Of a stretch of DNA of 64,000 nt, positions 24,000 through 34,762 are shown one piece after another (position 1 is the first letter of the stretch; each line of letters starts with the position of its first letter). The notes below the pieces were generated by a model, which was not told the origin of the DNA, did no database searches, and saw only the letters and a list, made by a program, of their open reading frames with translations. This DNA is from Phyllobates terribilis (Eukaryota), in NCBI RefSeq assembly GCF_046119375.1, contig NW_027362763.1, positions 807,984,001 through 808,048,000 on the forward strand. The letters are read 5' to 3'. The position numbers and the translations under genes were made by a program.

Positions 24000-24845
24000 T
24001 GAAGCATCGGCGTCTCTGCCTCCTGCGGGCAGAAACGCCATTCCCCTCACCGCCGAGGTCCAGGTCCGGCGTCTTCCCACTTCCCTGTAGCTGTGGTGCG
24101 CACTGCGCTCAGCTTCCCGGGCACTGTTCTTAGGGTGCGCGCGTGTGCGCTCCCTCCCTCTTAAAGGGGCCTCGCGTCCTATAGAGTCCCCTGCCGATGG
24201 CCGGAGGACTTCCCCTATATAAGACACCTCCTCCAAAATGGAGGTGCCTGTGCAAGGTTGTTGTTCCGTGTGCTAAACACTTGCTCCAGCCCTCAGGTCC
24301 CGCTGCCTGTCTAACAGTTCTGTCCTCCAGTCTGTCTTCAGTTGTGCCTGCCAGCCTGCTTACCTGGCGCACCTGTCTGTAACTTGCCATGCCCGCCAGT
24401 CTGCCTACCTGGAGCACCTGCCTGTTACCTGTCGTGCCCACCTGCCAGCCTACCTGGAGCACCTGCCTGTTACCTGTCATGCCCGCCAGCCAGTATACCC
24501 AGAGCACCTGCCAGTTACCTGCCGTGCCCGCCTGCTCGCCTGTACGGAGCACCCGTCTGGCTATCTGCCGGACCAGCCTGCTTATCTACCCGGTCCACCC
24601 GTCCGCCATCCTGCCATGCTCATCCGCTGTACCGGTCAGTTCCTGCCATCTGACCCATGGGAGTCACCTGCTCTCACACAAGGTCGGTCCCAGAGTGGCA
24701 CCTGGTCCACCTGCCCGGTTCCTCCCTGGTTCACGGAGTCGACTAAGCCATGTGACCTTGGTCGGGCCATGTAGGCACTTAGTCATGCCCCTCTGGTCCC
24801 TCCTTGCACCGAAGCACAGAGGTTCCACCACCCGGACTCGTAACA
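24000..24845 (+). repeat. Chromovirus 5' LTR (TATATAAG at ~24215; internal ~39-bp repeats)
   Basis: TGAAGCATCGG...TCGTAACA; homologous to 36418-37192. Confidence 0.92.
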
Positions 24846-25132
24846 GTTTGCACAGGCCATGGAACCCGGTGGCTCCCAGGCTCCTTCGCTCTCTGATCTG
24901 TATCAGGAGGTCTCACGTCAGAGATCTCAACAGGAAACTATCCTGTCCTACCTGCGGACTGTCAACTCCCGCCTGGACACGCTGTCCACCCCATCTGTGT
25001 CTGTCTCTAGCCGAGCGGCACCCACACCGGCGGCACCTCAACCCACTGGCGCTGTGGCACTCGGCTCCGGACCCCGGCTCTCTGCGCCTAAACGTTTTGG
25101 AGGTGACCCCATCTTATGTCGGGGCTTCTTAA

Positions 25133-28100
25133 ACCCTTTACAACCCAAGGTCATTTGCACGTTAATGACCAGGCCAATTTTACAATTCTGACCACTGTCA
25201 CTTTATGAGGTAATTACTCTGGAACGCTTCAACAGATCCCCCTGATTCTGAGACTGTTTTTTCGTGACATATTGTACTTCATGATTATGGTAAGATTTCT
25301 TCGATATCACTTGTGTTTATTTGTGAAAAAAATGGAAATTTGGCGAAAATTTGAATTTTTATGCATTTCCCACATGTCTACTTTACATCAGCACAATTTT
25401 GGAACCAAAATTTTTTTTTATTGGGTTAAAAGTTGACCAGCGATTTCTCATTTTTCCAACAAAATTTATGAATGTAAAATTTGCTTGAATAATTAGCGGA
25501 CACCATGTTGCATTTCAGGAGCCCCTGATGTGCCTAAATAGTGGAAACCCCCCACAAGTGACACCAGGGAACTTATCTAGATGTGTGGTGAGCACCTTGA
25601 ACCCCCAGGTGCTTCACAGAAGTTTATAACATTGAGCGGTAAAAATAAAATGTTCACATTTTTCCCTCAAAAATGTTTTTCAGCCCCCACTTTTGCATTT
25701 TCATAAGGGTAACAGAAGAAATTGCATTATGAAGTTTGTTGTGCAATTTCTCCTGAGTTAGCAGATACCCCATATGTGGGGGAAAACCACTGTTTGGGCG
25801 CGCGGCAGGGTTCGGAAGGGAAGGAGCGCCATTTGACTTTTTGATTGTAAAATTTACTTGAATAATTAGCGGACGCCATGTTGCATTTTGGGAGCCCCTG
25901 ATGTGCCTAAACAGTGGAAAACCCCACAAGTGACACCATTTTGGAAACTAGACCCCTCAGGGAACTTATCTAGATGTGTGGTGAGCACCTTGAACCCCCA
26001 AGTCCTTTACAGAAGTTTATAACATGGAGGCGTGAAAATAAAAAAATCAAACTTTTTCCACAAAAATGATGTTTTAGCCCCAATTTTTTTATTTTCACAA
26101 GGGTAAGAGGAGAAAATGGACCCCAAAAACTTTTGTGCAATTTCTCCTGAGTACGCCAATACCCCATATGTGGGGAAAATACAGTGTTTGGGCGCACGGC
26201 AGAGTTCAGAAGGGAAGGAGCACTGTGTGACTTTTTGAACGCAAAATTGGCTGGAATCGATATCGGACGCCATGTCACGTTTGGAGAGCCTCTGATGTGC
26301 CTAAATAGTGGAAACCCCCCACAAGTGACCCCATTTTGGAAACTACACCCCTCAAGGATTTTATCAAGGGGTATAGTTAACATTTTGAACCCAGGGGTAC
26401 GACACAGAATTTGCTAACATTAGGTCATCATATTGAATAAGTTGTCATTAGTCTTGATCGCAAGTGCTCACTACTTGAGTTTGCATTGGGTACTCAGGTA
26501 TGCACCATGTATCACGGGTGCTCAAGTGAAATGCTCGAGTCCCCACCCGCATGTTTCATGGTTATTAGACACCCAAAAAAAAAAAATGCGGGGATTGCTC
26601 GTGCATAGCAGGCAATCCCCGCAAGGCTTTTTTGGCCACGAAGCATATGTGGCGGAGACTCGAGCACCCACGATATTTAATGCATACCCGAGCACCCGAT
26701 GCAAACTCAAATAGCGAGCACTTGCGTTCAACACTAGTTGCCATATCGTCATCTTTTTTTTTTATTTACTTTTGAAAAAAAAACAACCCTAACCCCAACC
26801 CTAACGCTACCCTAGCCCAACCCTAACCCCAACACTAACATTAGCACAACCTTAACCCCAACCCCAGCCCTAGAGTTTATTTCTTATGCCATTCCTCATG
26901 CAGTATAAGTGATTAGACGACCTTATTCTTTGGGTCGGTGCGACTACAGAGATACCAGAATCATATCGGGTTTTTATGATTGACAGCTGTCACACACTAA
27001 AAGACACATATTTTGTAAAATCTAGTTTTTTCATCGGCATATTTTGAGAGCTATAATTTTTCCAGATTTTGGCCGACAGAGTCATGTGACTGCTTGTTTT
27101 TTGCGGGATGAGTGGACGTTTTTATTGGTGCCATTTTCAGGCACGTGACATTTTTTGATCGCTTTCTATTCCAGCTTTTGGGAGGCAGAATAAACAAAAA
27201 CCAGCAATTCAGGAATTGTTTTTTTAAAATTTTTTTTATTCTCCGCGTGTGGTAAAATTGATAAGGTAGCTTTATTCTTCGGGTAAGTACGTTTACAGCG
27301 GTACCACATTTATATAGTTTTTCTATGTTTTGGCGCTTTTACACAATAAAAGCTATTTTATAGAAAAAATTATTTTTTTGCATCGCTTTATTCTGAGAGC
27401 TATAACTTTTTGATTTTTCAGATGATGGAGCTTTATGGCAGCTTGTTTTTTGCGGGACAAGATCATGTTTTCAGAGGTACCATTTTTATTTATATTCGTC
27501 TTTTTGATCGCGTGTTATTCCATCTTTTGTTTGGCGGTATGATGATAAAGCATTGTTTTTTGCTTCGTTTTTTTTTTATTTTTTTTACCATGTTCACTGA
27601 AGGGGTTAACTAGTGGGACAATTTTATAGGTCAGGTCGTTCCGGACGCGGCGATACCAAATATGTGTACTTTTATTGTTTTTTTGTCCTTTTTTTCATAA
27701 TAGTATTTATTGATGGGTACATTATATTTTTATTTTTGGTGGATTATTTTTTTTTAATATTTTTACAATTTTTTTTTTCTTTCAATTTCTGACAGTTTTT
27801 TTATTTGTTTACTTTGTCCCACTATGGGACTTTCACTTTTTTTATTCTGATTGCCTGCACAGCATAGGGATGGAGCACCAGGCTGTCAGCGCTGCACAGT
27901 GAGAAGATAGTTTGGTCATGTACTGCGTATGACCAAAAAATCTTCCTGCTGTCTGGTGACCCGGATGTTGTCATGACGACATCGGGTCATCATGGCAACA
28001 CCCGGGAAGCCGCGGCAGACAGCGCTGGAGGCCGGAAAAAGAGGTGAGTATACTGATCACCTCCCCTTAGCCACCGCAACATTGCGGGGGTTAATGTGCC

Positions 28101-28288
28101 GGGAGCGGTGCGGGACCGCTCCCTGCACATATTACCGGGTGTCAGCTGTGACAATCAGCTGACACCCGGTAGCGATCGCGCCAGCACAGCCTGTGTGCGT
28201 GCGCGATCGCCATGACGTACTAATACGGGTCAGGCTCTTAAGTCCCAGGGCACAGACGCGTATTAGTACGTCATGGGCTTTAAAGGGG
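25133..28288. mobile_element. Non-autonomous piggyBac-like (TTAA-specific) element, 3.16 kb
   Basis: TTAA TSD at 25129-32 and 28289-92; TIRs ACCCTTTACAACCCAAG and CATGGGCTTTAAAGGGG; internal ~375-400-bp repeats; no transposase. Removing it restores the gag frame. Confidence 0.87.
26449..26736. mobile_element. hAT fold-back MITE nested in the piggyBac-like element
   Basis: TIRs TAGTCTTGATCGCAAGTGCTC and GAGCACTTGCGTTCAACACTA; 8-bp TSD GTTGTCAT/GTTGCCAT. Confidence 0.9.
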
Positions 28289-30474
28289 TTAAATCAGTGC
28301 ACGCTGCACTTTGAACTCCTGACACATCAATTCCCCTCCAACCGGGCAAAGGTGGCGTTCATCATGTCTCACCTCACTGGGGAGGCATTGGCATGGCTAA
28401 ACGCCCTGTGGCTGAGAGGGATCCCCTGGTGTCCGATCGTCCGGCTTTCCTCACTGCTTTCCGGAAGTCTTCGATGAGCCCGGGCGAAAATCTTCTACTG
28501 CCTCCTCACTTCTCCATTTCCGCCAAGAGAGTCTCTCTGTGGGCCAATATGCCATACGTTTCCGAACCCTCGCATCTGAGCTTGCCTGGAAAAAACGAGG
28601 CCCTGGTGTCCACCTTCTGGGTGGGTCTTTTTGGACGGATCAAGGATGAGCTAGCGGGTCGTGACATCCCTTCCACCCTGGATGACCTGGTGTCATTAGC
28701 TACCCAGATTGACATCTGTTTTCTGGAATGTGCTAAGGAGACTACCCGGGAAGAAGATTTCCTTGTCTCGCTCCTGTATTCCAAAAGCCAGCCTCGCAAC
28801 CAGCAATTCCCCTGGCACGTTCGCCTGAGCCCATGCAAATTGACCAAACCAAGATGGTCAAGTCTCGCAAGGAGACGCGCCGAGCCGAGGTGAGTTGCTT
28901 CTACTGTGGCAGTAAAGAGCATCTGATCCGTTCCTGCATGGTGAGGCCGGAAAACTCCAGTGTCTAGGACCGCTCGGAGAGGTCGTCCTAGGCAATAGTA
29001 AATCCTCTCCATCCTTGACTCTGTCTGTTTCTATGTCCAGTGATGAGACCCGCTTCTTCGTGATTGCCCATCTGGATTTAGGAGCTGCTGGGAATCTCAT
29101 TCAACAGGCTGTTGTGGAGCGGTATCAGATTCCTATTGTACGTCTGGCTGACCATCTTGCTCGTCACAGAGCCTGTAACACTTCAGGTGGGAATGCTGCA
29201 CTCGGAGAAGATCTCCTTTCATGTGCTGTCCGGTCTCTCTCACCCCCTCTTGCTTGGTCTACCCTGGTTACAAAGACATGAGCCCATCCTGAATTGGAGA
29301 TCTGGTGAAGTGCTCCGTTGGGGTCAGGAATGCCATGGTTCCTGTTCGTCCAGCTCGACCCCCGTCTACTCCCGCTAATCTACCTGGTCTGCTGGCACCC
29401 TACTGGTCCTATGCGGGCGTCTTCGACAAAAAGGAAGCAGAGACACTACCACTTCATAGGCCGTATGATTACCCCATCGACCTGGTGCCTGGTGCTTCTC
29501 CTCCCTGCAGGCGTATCTACCCCTTGTTGCTGGCTGAGACCTGGGCCATGTCTGAGTACATAGAGGAGAATCTTGCTAGGGGATTTATCCAGAAATCCAC
29601 CTCTCTGGCTGGGGCAGGATTCTTCTTCGTCAAGAAGAAAGATGGCTCTCTACGTCCCTGTATCAATTACAGGGGTCTTAACCAGATTACCATAAAAAAT
29701 ATGTACCCCCTGCCTCTCATCTCGGAGCTGTTCGACCGCCTTAAAGGCACGAAGATCTTCACCAAGCTCGATCTTCATGGGGCGTACAATTTGGTCCGAA
29801 TCCGCCATGGAGACGAGTGGAAGACGGCATTCAACACCCAGGACGGTCACTACGAATACCGCGTAATGCTCTTTGGTCCCTGTAATGCTCCAGCCGTCTT
29901 CCAGGAGCTGGTTAACGACATCTTCCGTGATCGCCTGTATTCTTGTGTTGTGGTGTATCTGGACGATATCTTGGTCTTCTCTCCGGATCTGCCCTCTCAC
30001 CGGAGGGATGTTCGTCAGGTTCTGCTAAGGCTCTGGCCTATACGCTAAATTTGAGAAATGCTTCTTTGAGCAGACCTCTCTACCGTTCCTGGATTATATT
30101 ATCTCCAAGACTGGTCTGTGGATGGATCCTGAGAAGATCTCTGCCGTCTTAAAGTGGCCCCGTCCGGAGGGGTTGAAGGCGATTCCTGGGCTTCGCAAAT
30201 TATTGCCTCCTCTTCATTCCTCATTTCTCCTCCCGGACTGCTCCCATCTCCGCGCTCACCAGTAAAGGAGCAAATCCCAGGGAATGGACTTCCGAAGCGG
30301 AGGAGGCCTTCATCTCCCTAAAACAAGCCTTCTCCTCCGCTCCTGTGCTACACCGTCCGGATAGCAACAAGCAGTTCTTCCTGGAGGTTGATGCATCCTC
30401 CTCCGGAGCCGGAGTGGTGCTCACACAGAAATCCTCGTCCGGGAGAATGGTAACCTCCAGCTTCTTCTCCAAGC

Positions 30475-30728
30475 AAACCAGGGGAGGAGTTCTGAGGAGA
30501 TAATTTGCATATTTCCACTGCATTTTGGGGTAAGTGAAGAGTCTCCGCGAGCTCAAAGAACACTGGATTTTGGCTGTTGGAGCTGAAAAGAGGACATCGG
30601 TAAACCAGGGGAGGAGTCCTGAGGAGATAATTTGCATATTTCCACTGCATTTTGGGGTAAGTGAAGAGTCTCCGCGAGCTCAAAGAACACTGGATTTTGG
30701 CTGTTGGAGCTGAAAAGAGGACATCGGT
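30475..30728 (+). promoter_or_regulatory. Two 127-bp tandem monomers in the CR1 5' UTR, each with an octamer ATTTGCAT
   Basis: Units start at 30475 and 30602; ATTTGCAT at 30503-10 and 30630-37. Promoter function is inferred. Confidence 0.6.
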
Positions 30729-30799
30729 AAACCGCGCGCCGTTAGGCGCGCGCATTTTGAGGCGTTTTTCACTGTTTTCAGAACATTAACAGTAAGAAC

Positions 30800-31762
30800 A
30801 TGGAAGAGTCCAGGAGCCATTTGGTGAGCTGCATATCCTGCTACATGTTCACAGACTTGCCAGTGGAAAAGCCAAACTTCACATGCCAGAAATGCAAGCT
30901 TGTGTCCCTGTTGGAGGAAAAGTTGCGAAATCTAGAAGAGAGGTTAACTACCTTGAAAATCATTAAGGAAGGTGAAGAGTTCTTAGACAGAGCAGAATTA
31001 TCTCTTCATGATTCAGAAAGAGAAGAAATTCGAACGGCACCTGACGAAACAGAGGAATGGAAGCATGTGACCCACAGAAGCAGGAGGATCGAGAGGCAGT
31101 CAGCACCCATACTGCTCAGGAACCAGTACCAGGCTCTCACGCAGGAGAACCTTGAAGAAATACAGCAAGATAAGACTTTGCCAGCAATGAATAACCTTGT
31201 AAGTCCTCAGAATCCTCCTGGATGGAGAGAGAAGAATGTTGTGAAGAAAAAACGAAGAGTGGTGGTCATGGGGGATTCCCTGTTAAGAGGAACAGAGGCC
31301 GCTATCTGCAGACCAGACATAACCTCAAGAGAAATGTGCTGTCTTCCTGGAGCAAAAATTAAAGATGTGTCTGACAGGATATCAAGACTCTTCAGACCTA
31401 CAGATCACTACCCATTCCTGCTAATACATGTGGGGACAAATGACACCGCAAGAAAGGACCTGGAAACCATCTGCAGTGACTTTGAAGACTTAGGCAAGAA
31501 AGTGAAAGAATTGGGAGCGCAGGTGGTCTTCTCATCCATCCTCCCAGTGGATGACCATGGAACAATGAGGTGGAATAAGATTCTACAGGTGAACAACTGG
31601 CTACGTCGATGGTGCCGTCAACAAGGATTTGGATTTCTGGATCACGGGATGAATTACCTATACGATGGACTACTTGCTAGAGATGGGGTGCACCTTACGA
31701 AGACTGGAAAACATGTATTTGGAAGTCGCCTTGCTACACTCATCAGGAGAGCTTTAAACTAG
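30800..31762 (+). CDS. CR1 ORF1p (zinc finger/leucine zipper + SGNH esterase-like domain), 320 aa
   Basis: CISC..CQKC followed by a heptad L repeat; MGDSLLRG, HVGTND, DGVHL. Confidence 0.93.
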   Translation: MEESRSHLVSCISCYMFTDLPVEKPNFTCQKCKLVSLLEEKLRNLEERLTTLKIIKEGEEFLDRAELSLHDSEREEIRTAPDETEEWKHVTHRSRRIERQSAPILLRNQYQALTQENLEEIQQDKTLPAMNNLVSPQNPPGWREKNVVKKKRRVVVMGDSLLRGTEAAICRPDITSREMCCLPGAKIKDVSDRISRLFRPTDHYPFLLIHVGTNDTARKDLETICSDFEDLGKKVKELGAQVVFSSILPVDDHGTMRWNKILQVNNWLRRWCRQQGFGFLDHGMNYLYDGLLARDGVHLTKTGKHVFGSRLATLIRRALN

Positions 31763-31881
31763 AACAATGTGGGAAGGGAAGCAAAAGGTCAGAAAAAGCC
31801 ATACAGCTGACAAATACTATTGAGATCTCTGCTACTGGAAGTGGAAAGAAAGAACAAAGACAAAAAAATCTAAATAAAAAT

Positions 31882-34671
31882 ATGGGAGGAAGAGAAACCA
31901 ATCACAAACTAAAATGTTTCTATACAAATGCACAAAGCATGGGCAACAAACAAGGAGAATTGGAACTACTAATGCAGGAAAAGAAATATGATGTCATTGG
32001 AATCACTGAAACTTGGTGGGACGATACACATGATTGGAATAAAAGGCTAAAAGGATACAACTTATTTGCAAGAAACAGAATTGATAAACGAGGAGGAGGT
32101 GTCGCATTGTATGTTAGAAAAGCGTATATCTGCACAGAGATTGAAGCTTCAGAGACTGGGAGTTCTGTGGAAACTGTTTGGGTAAGAATACAAGGAGAGA
32201 ACAACGGAAAGGACACCATTGTAGGCATTTACTACAGGCCACCTGGGCAAGCTGAAGATATGGATGAACTCTTTATGTATCAAATGACCAAGTTCTCCAA
32301 AAAATATGACGTAGTGGTCATGGGAGATTTCAACTATCCAGACATTTGTTGGGAATCTCTCTCAAGTAAAACTAACAGGTCAAGCAAATTCTTATCCTCT
32401 CTTGCTGACAACTTTATCTTCCAAAAGGTAGGGGAGAAAACAAGGGGATCTGCTACTTTGGATCTAATCCTTATAAACAGGGAGGAAATGGTTGAGGAGG
32501 TAAAGGTGGCTGGGACCCTAGGAGGCAGCGATCATGCTATTATAGAATTTTGGATAACTAGAGGAGGAAGACATGTGAAGACTCAAACTTCAAGGTTAGA
32601 TTTTAGAAAGGCAGATTTTAAGAGACTCAGAAAGAGAATAGGAGGGATCCAATGGCTGGATGTCCTTAAGGACAAAAATGTCCAGGAAGGATGGGAAATT
32701 TTTAAAAATGAGATTCTCAAAGCACAATCGTTAACAATCCCGAAAAGTAGGAAGAATGGGAAGCATTTAAGGAAACCAGGATGGATGAACACAGAACTTA
32801 AACACATGCTAAAAAGAAAGAAAGAAATGTTTATTAAATGGAAAGAGGGAGGCATATCTAAAGAAGATTATAATGCAGTCTGCAGATCCTGTAGGGCACG
32901 TATCAGGTTAGCTAAAGCTGACAATGAATTAAGGCTTGCAAGAGATGTCAAAAGCAATAAAAAAGGATTTTGGGGGTATGTCAAAAGTAAAAGAAAAGTC
33001 AAAGATGCTATAGGATTTTTACAGGATGAAAATGGAGAAATGGTAAGAGAGGATGTTGAGAAGGCCGAACTTTTTAATTCCTATTTTGCATCTGTTTTCT
33101 CTCAGAAAGAAAATGTAACATCAACTGATTTTCACTGTCCTTTTAAAGGAATAGAAGAATCCAAGTTATCTGTAAACAGAAAGATTGTGAGGGAATATTT
33201 AGCTAACATAAATGAGTTCAAGTCTCCAGGTCCAGATGAATTACACCCCAGAGTACTGAAGGAGATCGTAGAAGAAATTTTAGAACCACTCTCCATAATC
33301 TTTGAAAATTCTTGGAGAACAGGAGAAGTCCCAGAAGACTGGAGAAGAGCAAATGTTGTTCCTATCTTCAAAAAGGGGAAGAAGGTGGACCCAGGGAACT
33401 ATAGGCCGGTGAGTCTGACTTCTATACCAGGAAAGATCTTTGAACAAATTATTAAACATCATGTATGTAAGTACCTGGATAAGAATGAAGTGATTAACCA
33501 GAGTCAGCATGGGTTTGTAACTAACAAGTCATGTCAGACTAACTTAATTTCCTTCTATGACAGAATCACTGACTGGGTGGATCAGGGAAATGCTGTAGAT
33601 ATAGTATATCTTGACTTCAGCAAAGCATTTGACAAAGTATCTCACACCATCATTATTGAAAAAATGACCAAGTATGCAATGGACCAGGCAACTGTTAGGT
33701 GGATTCATAACTGGCTTAGTGATCGGACTCAAAGGGTGGTTGTAAATGGCTTCACATCCAGCTGGATGAATGTCTCAAGTGGGATACCACAGGGCTCTGT
33801 CCTAGGACCTGTATTGTTCAACATCTTCATCAATGATTTAGATGAAGGAATTGAGGGTAAACTGATTAAATTTGCTGATGACACAAAGCTAGGAGGGATA
33901 GCTAATACTAGAGAAGAGAGAGAGAGGATTCAAAAAGACCTAAATAAACTGGAGCAGTGGGCAGCAACCAACAGAATGGTTTTTAACAGGGAAAAATGCA
34001 AAGTACTACATCTGGGCAATAAAAATGAAAAAAGCATATACAGAATGGGAGGAATAGAGCTAAGCAACAGTACATGTGAAAAAGACTTAGGTATACTAAT
34101 AGATCATAGACTGAACATGAGTCAACAGTGTGATGCAGCAACAAAAAAGGCAAATACAATTCTGGGATGTATTAACAGAAGCATACAGTCTAGATCACGT
34201 GAAGTCATTATCGGTCTTTACTCCTCTTTGGTCAGACCTCATCTGGAATACTGTGTACAGTTTTGGGCACCACATTTTAAAAAAGACATAGACAAACTGG
34301 AAGAAGTTCAGAGAAGAGCGACCAGAATGGTGACTGGTCTGCAAACCATGTCCTATGAGGAACGGTTGCAGGATTTGGGAATGTTTAGCTTGCAAAAAAG
34401 AAGACTGAGAGGAGACTTAATAGCTGTCTACAAATATGTCAAGGGCTGTCACATTGTAGAAGGATCATCTTTATTCTCATTTGCACAGGGAAAGACTAGA
34501 AGCAACGGGATGAAACTAAATGGGAGGAGACACAGATTAGATATTAGAAAAAACTTTTTGACAGTTAGGGTGATTAATGAGTGGAACAGGCTGCCACGAG
34601 AGGTGGTGAGTTCCCCTTCAATGGACGTCTTCAAACAGAGGCTGGACAGACATCTGTCTGAGATGATTTAG
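31882..34671 (+). CDS. CR1 ORF2p (AP endonuclease + reverse transcriptase), 929 aa, intact
   Basis: YTNAQS, GITETWW, YYRPP, GDFNYP, GSDH; YRPVSLTS, YLDFSKAFD, GIPQGSVLGP, FADDTKL. Confidence 0.97.
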   Translation: MGGRETNHKLKCFYTNAQSMGNKQGELELLMQEKKYDVIGITETWWDDTHDWNKRLKGYNLFARNRIDKRGGGVALYVRKAYICTEIEASETGSSVETVWVRIQGENNGKDTIVGIYYRPPGQAEDMDELFMYQMTKFSKKYDVVVMGDFNYPDICWESLSSKTNRSSKFLSSLADNFIFQKVGEKTRGSATLDLILINREEMVEEVKVAGTLGGSDHAIIEFWITRGGRHVKTQTSRLDFRKADFKRLRKRIGGIQWLDVLKDKNVQEGWEIFKNEILKAQSLTIPKSRKNGKHLRKPGWMNTELKHMLKRKKEMFIKWKEGGISKEDYNAVCRSCRARIRLAKADNELRLARDVKSNKKGFWGYVKSKRKVKDAIGFLQDENGEMVREDVEKAELFNSYFASVFSQKENVTSTDFHCPFKGIEESKLSVNRKIVREYLANINEFKSPGPDELHPRVLKEIVEEILEPLSIIFENSWRTGEVPEDWRRANVVPIFKKGKKVDPGNYRPVSLTSIPGKIFEQIIKHHVCKYLDKNEVINQSQHGFVTNKSCQTNLISFYDRITDWVDQGNAVDIVYLDFSKAFDKVSHTIIIEKMTKYAMDQATVRWIHNWLSDRTQRVVVNGFTSSWMNVSSGIPQGSVLGPVLFNIFINDLDEGIEGKLIKFADDTKLGGIANTREERERIQKDLNKLEQWAATNRMVFNREKCKVLHLGNKNEKSIYRMGGIELSNSTCEKDLGILIDHRLNMSQQCDAATKKANTILGCINRSIQSRSREVIIGLYSSLVRPHLEYCVQFWAPHFKKDIDKLEEVQRRATRMVTGLQTMSYEERLQDLGMFSLQKRRLRGDLIAVYKYVKGCHIVEGSSLFSFAQGKTRSNGMKLNGRRHRLDIRKNFLTVRVINEWNRLPREVVSSPSMDVFKQRLDRHLSEMI

Positions 34672-34724
34672 TGAATCCTGCTTTGAGCAGGGGGTTGGAC
34701 CAGATGACCCAGGAGGTCCCTTCC

Positions 34725-34762
34725 AACTCTACCATTCTATGATTCTATGATTCTATGATTCT
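34725..34762 (+). repeat. CR1 3' terminal (ATTCTATG)n tail
   Basis: CCATTCTATGATTCTATGATTCTATGATTCT. Confidence 0.92.

Larger units (their letters stand above)
24859..28965 (+). pseudogene. Chromovirus gag (split at 25132/28293)
   Basis: MEPGG...PKRFGGDP..CRGFL rejoins NQCTLHFEL...AKVAFIMSHLTGEALAW in frame; zinc knuckle CFYCGSKEHLIRSC at ~28895-28940. Confidence 0.88.
30475..34762 (+). mobile_element. CR1 LINE, apparently full length
   Basis: 5' tandem monomers, ORF1, ORF2, and a 3' UTR ending in (ATTCTATG)n; putative 4-bp TSD AAGC (30471-74, 34763-66). Confidence 0.95.
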
